A stretch of 64,000 nucleotides of DNA from Longimicrobiales bacterium (lineage in GTDB: Bacteria > Gemmatimonadota > Gemmatimonadetes > Longimicrobiales > Gaopeijiaceae): the NCBI GenBank assembly GCA_041690395.1, contig JAWLHJ010000002.1, positions 324,707 to 388,706 of the forward strand, given 5' to 3'. Position 1 is the stretch's first letter; the number at the start of each line of letters is the position of its first letter. Under the pieces are notes generated by a model, which did no database searches, was not told where the DNA came from, and was given only the letters and a program-made list of their open reading frames with translations. The translations under genes were made by a program, and so were the position numbers. Positions 10,244 to 20,700 of this stretch are shown here, in pieces.

Positions 10244-10915
10244 ATGTGCGGCCGCTACTCCCTCTCCGCCCACCGGGAACAGCTGGACGACGCCTATCCC
10301 GTCGACGTGATCCTGGCGGAGCATCACCCGCGCTGGAACATCGCGCCCACCCAGGACGCGCCCATCCTGCTGAGCGACGGGCGACAGCGCCGCATCGAGG
10401 CGTTCCGGTGGGGGCTCGTGCCGCACTGGGCCAGGGACCCTTCGCTCGGCCCCCGCATGATCAACGCCCGCGCGGAAAGCGCCGCCACCAAGCCCGCGTT
10501 CCGGGACGCCTTCCGGGACGGCCGGCGCTGCCTGGTGCTCACCGACGGCTTCTACGAGTGGCGAAGGCCCGCATCCGGAACGGGGCCGAAGACGCCCTTC
10601 TGGATCACGATGTCCGACGGACGCCCGTTCGCGCTCGCCGGTCTCTGGGAGCGGTGGGGACGTCGCGACGGGCCGCTCCGGACGTTCACCGTCCTCACGA
10701 CCGAGCCGAACGCCGTTGTTGCTCCCATCCACGACCGCATGCCGGTGGTGCTCCCGCGGGCGGCCTGGGAGCGTTGGGTGGATCCCACCGTCCCTTCCGG
10801 GGAGCTGACCGACCTGTTCGACGCCTACCCCGCGGGGGAGATGGTCGCGCGCGAGGTGTCGACGTTCGTCAACGACCCGCGGCACGAGGGCCCGGAGTGC
10901 GTCACACCAGCGTAG
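10244..10915 (+). CDS. SOS response-associated peptidase (SRAP/YedK/HMCES-like abasic-site protein)
   Basis: MCGRY N-terminus (Cys2), NIAPTQ, WGLVP.W, INARAE, GFYEW, IHDRMP; real start is the ATG at 10244 inside the long track ORF. Confidence 0.93.
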   Translation: MCGRYSLSAHREQLDDAYPVDVILAEHHPRWNIAPTQDAPILLSDGRQRRIEAFRWGLVPHWARDPSLGPRMINARAESAATKPAFRDAFRDGRRCLVLTDGFYEWRRPASGTGPKTPFWITMSDGRPFALAGLWERWGRRDGPLRTFTVLTTEPNAVVAPIHDRMPVVLPRAAWERWVDPTVPSGELTDLFDAYPAGEMVAREVSTFVNDPRHEGPECVTPA

Positions 10916-12476
10916 CTGCCACGCTTCGCGCCACCTTCATGCCGTCCATGGCCGCGCTCATGATGCCGCCCGCGTACCCGGCGCCCTCGCCGCACGGGTA
11001 GAGTCCCGCCAGATCGGGGTTCTCCAGCCGCTCGGGGTCCCGCGGCACACGCACCGGCGAGCTCGTGCGTGACTCCACGCCGAGGAGCACCGCCTCGTCC
11101 GTCACGTAGCCGCGCATCTTCTTCTCGAAGACCCGGAGCGCGCGCCGCATCCTGTCCGCCAGGCCGAGCCCGACGACGTCGAGCACCGCTCCGACGTCCG
11201 CGCCGGTGAGCCCGGGCTGGTAGCTCGTCTCCGGCACCGTGCTCGAGCCACGGCCCGCCAGGAAGTCCGTGGCACGCGTGGCTGGGGCACGCAGTCCGCC
11301 CCCTCCGCCCTGCCAGGCGGCTTCTTCGATACGCCGTTGGAGCTCGATGCCGGCGAGCGGGCCGCTGAAGCCGGCCCGCAACGTATCCTCGACCTCGATG
11401 CCGACCACGAGCCCCGAGTTCGCGTACGGGGAGTTCCGCTTGGACAGGCTCATGCCGTTCAAGACGAGCTCGCCCTCCGTGGTGGACGCCGGCACCACGA
11501 AGCCGCCCGGGCACATGCAGAAAGTGAAGACGCCCCGCCCCGACTCGGTGTGCGCGAGCCGATAGGCCGCGTTCGGAAGCTTCGGGTGATCCGCGTACCG
11601 TCCGTACTGGATCTCGTTGATGAACGGCTGCGGGTGCTCGATCCGTACGCCCAGCGCGAACGGCTTCGGTGTCAGCTCGACGCCGAGATCGAGGAGCATC
11701 AGCGAGATGTCGCGCGCCGAATGCCCGGTGGCGAGCACCACCGCGTCGGCCCCGATCTCCTCGCCCCCCTCGAGCCGCACGCCCGTCACCCGTCGCCGCC
11801 CGTCCATGTCACGCGTGACCAGCCCGACCACCCGCGCCCCGAAGCGGAACCCGACCCCGTGCTCCTCGAGGCGGGTCCGCATCGACGTGATCACCTTCGG
11901 CAGCTTGTTGCTCCCGATGTGCGGCCGGGCATCTGTCAGGATCGCCTCCGGAGCACCGTGGAGCCGGAGCACCTCCAGGACGTCGCGACAGTCGCCGCGC
12001 TTGTGCGACCGGGTGTAGAGCTTGCCGTCGCTGTAGGTCCCCGCCCCGCCCTCTCCGAAGCAGTAGTTGCTGTCCGGGTCCACCACGCCGAACTGGTTCA
12101 GCCCGCGGAGGTCCCGGCGGCGAGGCTGCACGGTCTTCCCGCGATCGACGACCGTGCACCCGATGCCACGACGGGCGAGCTCGTAGGCGCAGAAGAGCCC
12201 GGCGGGCCCGTCACCGATGATGACCACCCGCCCGAGTCGGTCCACGTCGACCGGGTGCGGGGCGCCGATGTCGCTCGGCTCGGGCGCGACCTCCATCAGG
12301 AGCCGGAAGACGACGCGGCCGTGACGCGCGTCGATCGATCGCTTCCTGAGCGCGATCTCCGGAAGCTCGTCGACGCCGACGCTCGCCTTCCGGGCGGCCT
12401 TCCGACGGAGGGTGGCTTCGTCGTCGGCTTCGTCGAGTCCCAGCTCGATCTCGATCTCGGAGGGAAGTGTGCTCAT
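10902..12476 (-). CDS. Uncharacterised FAD-dependent oxidoreductase (COG2509-like)
   Basis: IGDGPAG FAD motif, FGEGGAGTYSDGKL, FCMCPGG, GVESRTSSPVR, GEGAGYAGGIMSAA; start set at MSTLP. Confidence 0.88.
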   Translation of the reverse strand: MSTLPSEIEIELGLDEADDEATLRRKAARKASVGVDELPEIALRKRSIDARHGRVVFRLLMEVAPEPSDIGAPHPVDVDRLGRVVIIGDGPAGLFCAYELARRGIGCTVVDRGKTVQPRRRDLRGLNQFGVVDPDSNYCFGEGGAGTYSDGKLYTRSHKRGDCRDVLEVLRLHGAPEAILTDARPHIGSNKLPKVITSMRTRLEEHGVGFRFGARVVGLVTRDMDGRRRVTGVRLEGGEEIGADAVVLATGHSARDISLMLLDLGVELTPKPFALGVRIEHPQPFINEIQYGRYADHPKLPNAAYRLAHTESGRGVFTFCMCPGGFVVPASTTEGELVLNGMSLSKRNSPYANSGLVVGIEVEDTLRAGFSGPLAGIELQRRIEEAAWQGGGGGLRAPATRATDFLAGRGSSTVPETSYQPGLTGADVGAVLDVVGLGLADRMRRALRVFEKKMRGYVTDEAVLLGVESRTSSPVRVPRDPERLENPDLAGLYPCGEGAGYAGGIMSAAMDGMKVARSVAATLV

Positions 12477-12561
12477 GGCCGGACGTGGAAAGGCGAACGG
12501 GCGCGGCGACGGCGCCGCGAGGCCGGGAATGTAGCGACCCGGAACCCTGGGTGAAGCGAGC

Positions 12562-12602
12562 TTGCGGAGTCTACATAAGCGACATATATATTTACGATAG
12601 AC
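12562..12602 (+). promoter_or_regulatory. Putative sigma70 promoter / PadR operator region
   Basis: AT-rich patch with TTGCGG-N17-TATATA(TT); GTCTA...TAGAC inverted ends (12569-12602); upstream of padR. Confidence 0.5.
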
Positions 12603-12637
12603 ACTCACTGCCGCGCCATCCACCGGTACTTCCCGCC

Positions 12638-12967
12638 ATGACGAGCTCGCCGCTGACCCCGCTCTCGCTCCATATCCTGCTCTCGCTCGTGGACACGCCG
12701 ATGCACGGCTATGGAATCCTCAAGGCCATCGAGGACCGAACGGACGGCGCGGAGACGCCCTCCACCGGCGCGCTCTACCTCGCGCTGCAGCGGCTCGAGC
12801 GGGAAGGGCACATCGAGCCAGGTGACGCGCCCGAGAGCGAGACGGACGCTCGTCGCCGCTACTGGGCGCTGACCCCGGAGGGCCGGGACGCGGCGCGCGA
12901 CGAGGTGGAGCGGATGGCGGCCCTGGTCGGCCATCCGTCCGCGCGCTTGCTTCGCGCGGAGGGCTGA
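12638..12967 (+). CDS. PadR family transcriptional regulator
   Basis: HILLSL...HGYGI..., GALY.ALQRLEREG.I, RRRYWALT.EGR. Confidence 0.92.
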   Translation: MTSSPLTPLSLHILLSLVDTPMHGYGILKAIEDRTDGAETPSTGALYLALQRLEREGHIEPGDAPESETDARRRYWALTPEGRDAARDEVERMAALVGHPSARLLRAEG

Positions 12968-12972
12968 GCGCC

Positions 12973-15660
12973 GTGGTCCCCGGCCGCGAGCCGTGGCTCC
13001 GGGTGCTCCTGAGGCTGCAACCGCGGAGCGTCCGCCGCGCCTTCGGCGCCGAATGGATGGACACGGCCCGAGCGCGGGACGCCGATGCGGCGGCGCGGGG
13101 CATCCGGCGTCTGGTGACGCACAGGATCCGCGAAGGAGCGGGCGCGCTCGCCTCGGGCGTGAGAGGACGACTCTCCGGAGGTCGGTGGGTCGACGAACTG
13201 ACCGGACGGGAGGGGACGATGGGGACGTGGTCGCTCGATCTTCGCTATGCGGTTCGCTCGCTCCGGCGGGCGAAGGGATTCACGGTGGTCTCCATGCTGG
13301 TGCTGGGCATCGGCATCGCCGCCGCCACCACCATCTTCAGCGGCGTGCACGCGGTGCTGCTGGCCCCCCTCCCCTTCGCCGAGCCCCACCGCATGGTCGG
13401 CCTGTGGGAGCGCAACCCGGACTTCGGATGGGAGCAGCAGGACGCCGCCCCGGCGAACGTGCTCGATTGGCGCGAGCGGGTGAGCGCGTTCGAGGACGTC
13501 GCGGCGTATCGAGGGAACTCCGTCGGCCGGGTGACGTGGCTCGGCGGCGGGGAGCCCAGATCCGTGGCCTTCGTCGACGTGACGGGCAACCTGTTCGACG
13601 TCCTCGGCGTGCGTCCGGCGCTCGGCACCCTGCCCGGATTCCAGGACACGTGGGCGGTGGGCGAGCCGTGGGTGGTGGTCAGCCACGCGTTCTGGACCGA
13701 AGCCCTGGGCGGCGACCCGGACGCTGTCGGCCGGACGCTCGAGCTCGACGGCGGTGCCCCGCGCATCCGCGCGGTACTGCCCGAGGGATTCCGCTTTCCG
13801 GCAGCCGAGATCGATCTGTGGGCCCCCTACGGCTGGGCCCCCGACGCGAGGGATCAGGCCTGGTTCCGGCGCGCACACTTCGTGACGCCCGTGGCCCGGC
13901 TGGCGCCCGGCGTCACGGTGGAGCGCGCCCGCTCCGAGCTCGAGGCAGTCGCGCTCGAGCTGCAGGCCGAGCATCCCACGCTCAACCGCAACATGTTCGC
14001 GGGCCTGACCCCGCTGCGGCCATGGCTCGCGGGCGATCTCGCCCGCCCGCTCCAGGCGCTCATGGCGGCGGTCACCATCCTGCTGCTGCTCGCGTGCGTG
14101 AACGTCGGCAACCTTTTCATGGCGCGCGCCGCCGCCCGCTCCGGAGAGCTCTCCATGCGCCGGGCCATCGGGGCCGGCCGCGGCCGGATCGTCGGGCAGC
14201 TCATGGCGGAGAGCCTTCTCGTCGCCGCGGGAGGAGGGCTCATCGGCGTCGCGCTGAGCGCCGGCGGCATCCCGGTCCTCGAGCGCATCCGTCCGTTGGG
14301 ACTGGCCGGAACGACATCGATCGAGCTGAACACCGCCGTTCTCGGCTTCGCCCTGCTCGCCAGCCTGATCGCGGCCGCGACCTTCGGCCTGGCTCCGGCA
14401 TTCCGGGCCGCGCGGAGCGCGGATCCGGCCCACCTTGCGGGGCACCGTGGGCAGGCCGGGGCGGGGGGGCCAGGGCGACGTCGACCCGGCGACCTGCTCA
14501 TCCCCGCTCAGACGGCGCTGGCGGTCGTGCTCCTGCTGGGCGCCGGCCTCGTGACCCGGAGCTTCGCCCGGACACTCGCTGAAGAGCCCGGCATCGACCC
14601 CGAGGGTGTCTGGACCTTCACCCTCTCCGCACCCGGGAACCGGTACGAGAATCGCGACGCGGTGCTCCAGTTCTGGGATCGCGTCGTGACCTCCCTCGAA
14701 GCGCAGCCCGAGGTGGGCCGCGCGGCGGTTACGAGCGGTGTCCCGCTCACGCGTGCGGGATGGACCAGCCAACTGGTAGTGCAGGACTGGGATCCCGGCC
14801 GTCTGGCCTTCGAGGTCCGGCACCGCGCGGCCACGCCCGGCTACTTCGACGTCATGGGGGTACCCCTCCTCGCCGGACGGAGCTTCCATCCGGACGACGG
14901 CCTGGAGGGCGAGCCGGTCGCCCTCGTGAACCAGCGCTTCGTCGACGCGTACCTCGCCGGTGAGGAGGTGATCGGCAGACAGGTCACCTTCGACCGCGAG
15001 CCCACGGACGGCTCCGTGTGGCGCACCATCGTGGGTGTGGTCGGGGACGAACGACAGCTCACGCTCACCCAACCTCCCGAACCGGAGGTGTGGGAGCCCT
15101 TGCCCCAGGACTGGGGGAACACCCGGTCGGTGGTGGTGAAGCTCGGCGGCGCTCCGTCCGACCCGCGGGCGGTCCTCGAAGGGGCCGTGCATCGCGTCGA
15201 CGCACGGATTCCGCTCGTCGGGCTCCGCACCATGCGCGACGTCGTGGATGCCGCCTCCGCGGACGCGCGCTTCCTCCTTCTCCTGTTCGGACTCTTCGCG
15301 GGACTCGCGCTCGTGCTCGCCGCCGTCGGTGTTTTCGGTGTCACGGCGCAGAGCGTGCGCCGCCGGATCCCGGAGCTCGGGGTGCGCATCGCCCTCGGGG
15401 CCGACGCGCGTCAGGTGCAGGACATGGTCCTCCGACGGGTGCTCGCGCTCGCTGGCGCAGGCATCCTCGTCGGCGTGGCCGTCTCCCTGGCCGTGTCCGG
15501 CGCGCTCGCGCCCCTGCTCCACGAGACATCGGCCCGGGACCGGGTCGCCTTCACCGCGGCGCCGGCCATCCTCCTCGTCGTCGCGCTGCTCTCCGGGTGG
15601 CTTCCCGCCCGGCGGGCCTCACGGGTGGACCCGGTACGGAGCCTGACCGGAGGAGGATGA
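12973..15660 (+). CDS. ADOP-type duplicated ABC transporter permease with N-terminal extension
   Basis: LLRL.P...R..FG.E prefix, DLRYAVRSLRR..GF, LLLACVNVGNL, ELGVRIALGA, PARRASRVDP; directly after padR. Confidence 0.9.
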   Translation: MVPGREPWLRVLLRLQPRSVRRAFGAEWMDTARARDADAAARGIRRLVTHRIREGAGALASGVRGRLSGGRWVDELTGREGTMGTWSLDLRYAVRSLRRAKGFTVVSMLVLGIGIAAATTIFSGVHAVLLAPLPFAEPHRMVGLWERNPDFGWEQQDAAPANVLDWRERVSAFEDVAAYRGNSVGRVTWLGGGEPRSVAFVDVTGNLFDVLGVRPALGTLPGFQDTWAVGEPWVVVSHAFWTEALGGDPDAVGRTLELDGGAPRIRAVLPEGFRFPAAEIDLWAPYGWAPDARDQAWFRRAHFVTPVARLAPGVTVERARSELEAVALELQAEHPTLNRNMFAGLTPLRPWLAGDLARPLQALMAAVTILLLLACVNVGNLFMARAAARSGELSMRRAIGAGRGRIVGQLMAESLLVAAGGGLIGVALSAGGIPVLERIRPLGLAGTTSIELNTAVLGFALLASLIAAATFGLAPAFRAARSADPAHLAGHRGQAGAGGPGRRRPGDLLIPAQTALAVVLLLGAGLVTRSFARTLAEEPGIDPEGVWTFTLSAPGNRYENRDAVLQFWDRVVTSLEAQPEVGRAAVTSGVPLTRAGWTSQLVVQDWDPGRLAFEVRHRAATPGYFDVMGVPLLAGRSFHPDDGLEGEPVALVNQRFVDAYLAGEEVIGRQVTFDREPTDGSVWRTIVGVVGDERQLTLTQPPEPEVWEPLPQDWGNTRSVVVKLGGAPSDPRAVLEGAVHRVDARIPLVGLRTMRDVVDAASADARFLLLLFGLFAGLALVLAAVGVFGVTAQSVRRRIPELGVRIALGADARQVQDMVLRRVLALAGAGILVGVAVSLAVSGALAPLLHETSARDRVAFTAAPAILLVVALLSGWLPARRASRVDPVRSLTGGG

Positions 15661-15677
15661 CCCCACGCGGATCGAGG

Positions 15678-16292
15678 TCAGAACATCACGTTCAGACGGA
15701 GCATCAGCTTGCCGATCCGGCGCTCGCCGTCGTCGGGTGTCACGGTGACGGAGCCCACCTGGATCTGCTCGCTGAAGTAGTCCGTGACTCCCAGGCTGTA
15801 CCGCAGCTCGGGCATCAGGCTGAACGGCAGGGCCGGCAGCCGGAGATCCAGACCTGCGCCAATGTCCGCGCTGAGCGACATATCTTCGACGGCCGACTCG
15901 GCATCCCCGGACCGCGGGAAGGTCAACACCGGGCCGGCGAGTATGAAGGGACGGGCGGGCCCCTCGGGTATCAGGGTCAGCCGCACATCGATGGGCACCT
16001 CGATGGCCGACAGGTCGAGCTCGTCGCCCGACGGGAAGTCGTACGTCCCGAGACGGTGGTAGTAGACACCCGGTCGCAGGCTGAGCGAGCCGCTGCCCAG
16101 GTTGACGAAGAGGCCGAAGTGGTACCCGGTGGAAGCGTCGAGCGTGGCGCTCCCGCTACCCGAGTCGATGTCCTCGAAGTCACTGAAGTTCAGGCCGGCA
16201 CCGATGCCCAGCTGAGCGTACGCGGGGAGAGCGCTCAGGAGAGTGGCGGCCACGGCGACGGTGGAGCCGAAGAGAAGGCGTCGTACGTTCAT
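15678..16292 (-). CDS. Outer-membrane beta-barrel (porin family) protein
   Basis: Signal peptide ending AYA-Q, GIGAGLNFS, alternating beta strands, C-terminal Phe (LNVMF). Confidence 0.78.
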   Translation of the reverse strand: MNVRRLLFGSTVAVAATLLSALPAYAQLGIGAGLNFSDFEDIDSGSGSATLDASTGYHFGLFVNLGSGSLSLRPGVYYHRLGTYDFPSGDELDLSAIEVPIDVRLTLIPEGPARPFILAGPVLTFPRSGDAESAVEDMSLSADIGAGLDLRLPALPFSLMPELRYSLGVTDYFSEQIQVGSVTVTPDDGERRIGKLMLRLNVMF

Positions 16293-16350
16293 GGGAAGAT
16301 CCTTGATGATCGAGAGAACACCGCGGGAGAGCGGATTCACATGTCTTATA

Positions 16351-16366
16351 TGCAAGGTCCGGACCG
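16351..16366 (-). promoter_or_regulatory. Putative sigma54 (-24/-12) promoter for the beta-barrel gene
   Basis: Minus strand CGGTCCGGACCTTGCA = GG-N10-GC with a TTGCA -12 box. Confidence 0.35.
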
Positions 16367-16446
16367 CCTCGGCGGTGCGGCGGACGGCAGCTTGGCGGCC
16401 GAAAGGACTCCGCCGCTCGTCCGGGGTGGCGTGCGGCCGAGCCCGG

Positions 16447-16462
16447 CGGCACGATGGATGCA
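16447..16462 (+). promoter_or_regulatory. Putative sigma54 (-24/-12) promoter for the DUF3185 gene
   Basis: CGGCACGATGGATGCA versus consensus TGGCACG-N4-TTGCA. Confidence 0.5.
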
Positions 16463-16521
16463 TCGCTTACCCAGTGGAGCGGGTCGTCGACCCGTCCAAC
16501 GGCACCGGACAGGAGTAGATC

Positions 16522-16734
16522 ATGAACGGACGCAGAGCGCTCGGCCTCGCACTCCTCGTGGGGGGACTCCTCCTCCTCTACTTCGGGATGAACGAGTCAC
16601 AGTCCTTCGCCTCGGACATGTCCGAGATGATGACCGGATCACCGACGGACCGCTCCATCTGGATGCTCGTCACCGGGGGCGCTGCCGCGGTCCTCGGGGG
16701 CTTCCTGGCCCTCACGCCCGGCGGGTCCCGCTAG
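16522..16734 (+). CDS. DUF3185 family small membrane protein
   Basis: G.ALLVGG..LL.FG...S.S..S......TGSPTDRS.W pattern; AGGAG RBS. Confidence 0.82.
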   Translation: MNGRRALGLALLVGGLLLLYFGMNESQSFASDMSEMMTGSPTDRSIWMLVTGGAAAVLGGFLALTPGGSR

Positions 16735-16777
16735 GTAGGCGCCGGAACGGACCTGCTTGGGCCCGGGCCATGGCGTG

Positions 16778-17581
16778 ATGTCCAACGTCGCGCTCCTGGT
16801 CAGCACCTACCGGAGTCCCCGCGCGCTCGAGCTCTCGCTCGACTCGATCCTCCGTCAATCCCACCTCCCGGACGAGGTGCTGGTGGCCGACGACGGCTCC
16901 GGCGCGGAGACTCGTGCCGTGGTGGACGTAGCGGAGCGCCGGCTCGCCGAGCGTGGGGTTCGAGTCCGCCATCTATGGCACGAGGACCTGGGCTTCCGCG
17001 CCGGAGGCATCCGCAACAAGGCTCTCGCCGCCGCGACCTCCGGGTACGTCGTTCAGATCGACGGCGACGTGATTCTGCATCCGCGCTTCATCGAGGAGCA
17101 CGTCGCCTGGGCCCGGCCCGGCTACTTCCTCTGCGGGCGTCGCGCCGACCTGACGCCCGAGCGCACCGCCGAGATCGAGACCTCCAAGACGCTCCCCGAG
17201 CGGTTCCGGGCGTCGCGGGACTTCGAGCGCCTGAAGTACGCCTTCCACTTCCCTCCCCTCACGCCGCTCTTCCTCCGTCAGTACGCCCGGTCGCATACCA
17301 AGGGGCTCATGGGCTCGAACATGTCGTACTGGCTCGAGGACGCACTCCGCGTCAACGGATACGACGAGGGTTTCGAGGGGTGGGGCAAGGAAGACAACGA
17401 CTTCGCCCTGCGCCTCCTGAACAGCGGCGTGCGCAGGCGCACCCTCGTCGGCTCCGCGCTCCAGTACCACCTGCACCACCACCAGAACGACCGCTCCCGG
17501 CTCGAAGCGAACGCCAGCCGCCTGGACGACACGCGGCTTCGCGGCCGGGCACGCTGCGCCAACGGGATCGTGAAGGGCTGA
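16778..17581 (+). CDS. Glycosyltransferase family 2
   Basis: LVSTY, VADDGS, FRAG..RN, IDGDV DxD motif, VNGYDEGF.GWGKEDND. Confidence 0.9.
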   Translation: MSNVALLVSTYRSPRALELSLDSILRQSHLPDEVLVADDGSGAETRAVVDVAERRLAERGVRVRHLWHEDLGFRAGGIRNKALAAATSGYVVQIDGDVILHPRFIEEHVAWARPGYFLCGRRADLTPERTAEIETSKTLPERFRASRDFERLKYAFHFPPLTPLFLRQYARSHTKGLMGSNMSYWLEDALRVNGYDEGFEGWGKEDNDFALRLLNSGVRRRTLVGSALQYHLHHHQNDRSRLEANASRLDDTRLRGRARCANGIVKG

Positions 17582-17627
17582 GTCGGCGGAGACCTGAGCG
17601 GAGAGGCATGGGCGCTGAGGCCCGAAC

Positions 17628-17704
17628 GACGACGGCCCCACCCGCCGGAATCGACGGATGGGGCCGTTGTCACATGAGCGGGGCGGCCACGGGCCGCTCG
17701 CTCA
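17628..17704. terminator. Two tandem GC-rich hairpins between convergent genes
   Basis: GACGACGGCCCCA / TGGGGCCGTTGTC (17628-17671) and TGAGCGGGGCGGCC / GGCCGCTCGCTCA (17675-17704). Confidence 0.6.
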
Positions 17705-17713
17705 CCTCACCGG

Positions 17714-20700
17714 CTAGCGCTCGTCCTGACTCACGAGCCTCGAGAGCCGCTGGAGCCGCTGCAGCACGTCGTCCATCTGCACGCGAAGCTCCTGGTAACG
17801 CTTCTCCGCCTCGCCTCCCGGCGGCTGGTCCGCACGCATGGTCGCGCTGTAGAGGTAGTTGATCTGATCGATGAGCATCCGCGGCGGATAGACCGTGATG
17901 TCCTCGGGCGGCAGGAGAATCGCCTTCACCTCCGCGATCTGCTCCTCGACCGTCTCGGGGTTCTCGCGACCCTCGAGCACGTCGAGCTGCCGCAGCGCGT
18001 TCCGGCCATCGGTGATCAGGTCACGGACCTGGATGTTGTGCTCGAACTGCTCCCGCAGATCCGCCACGGTCGTGCCGTCCATCTCGACGCGCGGGTCGAT
18101 CCGCAGATCGAGCGACACCTCGCGCGTGCTGCTCGGGCCGTGCAGCCGGACAGTGTATTGACCCGGAACCGCCATGGGGCCGCGCCCACCTCCGTCCGGA
18201 CCGGGATAACGCAGGTCCCAGATGAAGCGGTTCAACCCCGGCTCCGCGGGCAGCTCGTCATTCCCGGACAGCGTGCTGCGGAACTCGCGCACGATCGTAC
18301 CGGACGCGTCGATGATCTCGAGCGACAGCTCACTCCGCACGTCACCGACCATGTAGTCGATGGCGGCTCCGGGGGGCGGGAACTCGGGTGCGCCCGGCTC
18401 GTTGGAGCCGGGGTTGTAGCGCATCCGATACGCGTCGCGCGGCTGGAACAGGTGAACGTCCGCGGTCTCCACGGTCGCGTCGAACTGATGAAGCGGGGTC
18501 AGGTTGTCGAGGATGTAGAATCCCCGGCCCATCGTCGACAGGACCAGGTCCTGCCGGTACACCCTGACGCCCGTGATCGGCGTCACCGGCAGGTCGAGCT
18601 GGAAGCGCTCCCAGGTGGAGCCGTCGTCGAACGAGACGAACATGCCGCGCTCGGTGCCCAGGTAGAGCAGCCCCTCGCGGTCCGGATCCTCGGCGATGAC
18701 GCGGGTCGGGTTGTCCGACGCGACACCGTTGTTCCCCGGCGTCAGGTGCGTCCAGGTCTGCCCGTAGTCCTCGGTCTTGTAGAGGTACGGCTGCCAGTCG
18801 TCGAGCAGGTAGCGGTACGCGGCGACGTACGCCTTACCCGCCTGGTGGGGCGACACGTGGATGTCGTTCACACGTCCCTCGGCCGGCATGGGCGGCGTGA
18901 CGTCGGTCCAGGTCGCGCCACCGTCGCGCGTCACGTGCACCGGACCGTCGTTCGCGCCGGACCAGATCTCGTCCCGCGAATGCGGCGAGGCCGCGATCGA
19001 GTAGAGCGTGCTGTAGTGCTCCTCACCCGTGATGTCACGGTTGATCGGCGCGCCCGAGATGACCTGCCGTTCGGGCAGGAACGCCGTGAGGTCCGGGCTG
19101 ATCGTCTCCCACGTCCGGCCGCCGTTCGTCGTGCGGTGCACGAACTGCGAGCCATGGAAGACCAGGTTCGGGTCGAACGGCGACACCTCGATCGGCACCG
19201 TGCGCTGAAAGCGGTACGGCAGCTCGGCCGGGTTCACGCCGTACATGTCCACCACGCCGACGTAGAACTGCTGCTCCTGGCCGGTCAGCTCGCTGTAACG
19301 GCCGAAGCGGCCCTTGCAGTTCGAGTAGACGACCAGCGGCTCGATGTCGGGGCGCGGCACCGCCGGCCCGGTCTCGCAGCCGCCGATCTCACGCCACCAC
19401 GACTGATGGCCGCCGAGGTCCGCCTCCGACGGCGGCAGGCTCGGCACGGCGATGGTGGTGTTGTCCTGCTGACCCGCGTAGAGCCAGTAGGGGAAGCGCG
19501 AGTCGACGTCGACCTGATACAGCTCGGACGTCGGCTGGTTGTTGATGGTCGACCACGTGTCACCGCCGTCGAGCGTGACCGACGCACCGCCGTCGTTCCC
19601 CTGCACCTGGATCATCGGGTTTTCCGGGTTGATCCAGAGGTCGTGGTTGTCGGCGTGGGTGCTGGGGCGCATCTCCCACGTGGCGCCGCCGTCCTGGGAG
19701 CGGAAGTAGCGGACGTTGCCGATGTAGAGCTGGTCCGGGTTCTGCGGATCGGCGTGGATGTTCGTGAAGTAGAACGGGCGGCTGATCAGGCTCTGCTGAT
19801 TGCTCATCTGCCGCCAGCTCTGCCCACCGTCGTCGGAGCGGTACACGCCTCGCTCCTCGTCCGGAGCCTCCACCAGCGCGTAGACACGCTGCGGCGCCGC
19901 GTCGGAGATGGTCAGGTCGATCTTCCCGATCAGCCCGGAGGGCAGACCGTTCGTCAGCTTGTCCCAGCTCTCGCCACCGTCGGTCGACTTGTAGATGCCG
20001 CCGCCGCCGGAGGCCTGCATGCCGCTGATGATGGACCACGGGTTGCGCTCGCCCCGCCAGGTCGTGGCGTACAGGACGTCCGGGTTACCCGGCTCCATGA
20101 CGACACCGTAGACACCGACGCTGTCGGCGATCTGCAGCTTCGGCTCCCAGGTCTCACCGCCGTTCGTGGTCTTGTAGAGACCGCGCTCGGGATTCGGACC
20201 GAAGGGATTCCCGACGGCGCCGACCCAGACGATGTCCGGGTTGCTCGGGTGCACGACCATGCGACCGATCTGCCCGGCGTTGTCGAGCCCGATGTGACGC
20301 CAGCTCGTGCCCGCGTCGTCGGACCGGTACATCCCGTTGCCTCGAATGATGTTCGAGCGGATGCCGTCCGAGCCCATGCCCACGTAGAGGATGTCCGGGT
20401 TGGACGGAGCGACACGGATGGCGCCGACGGCCGGGCTCTCGTCGAAGTACTCGTCGGAGATGTTGACCCAGCTGTTCCCGCGGTCCGTCGTCTTCCAGAC
20501 GCCGCCGCCCGTGCTTCCCATATAGAAGGTGGACGGATGGCTGGCATGTCCGGCGACTGCCGTGACGCGACCGCCCCGGCTCGGGCCGACGGACCGGTAG
20601 CTCATGCCCCCGAAGGCGTCCTGATCGAACGCGGCGGGCGCCGTGACCGTTCCGGTCACATCGGGGGAGCTCTCCTGGGCGGCGACATCGTCGCCGACCG

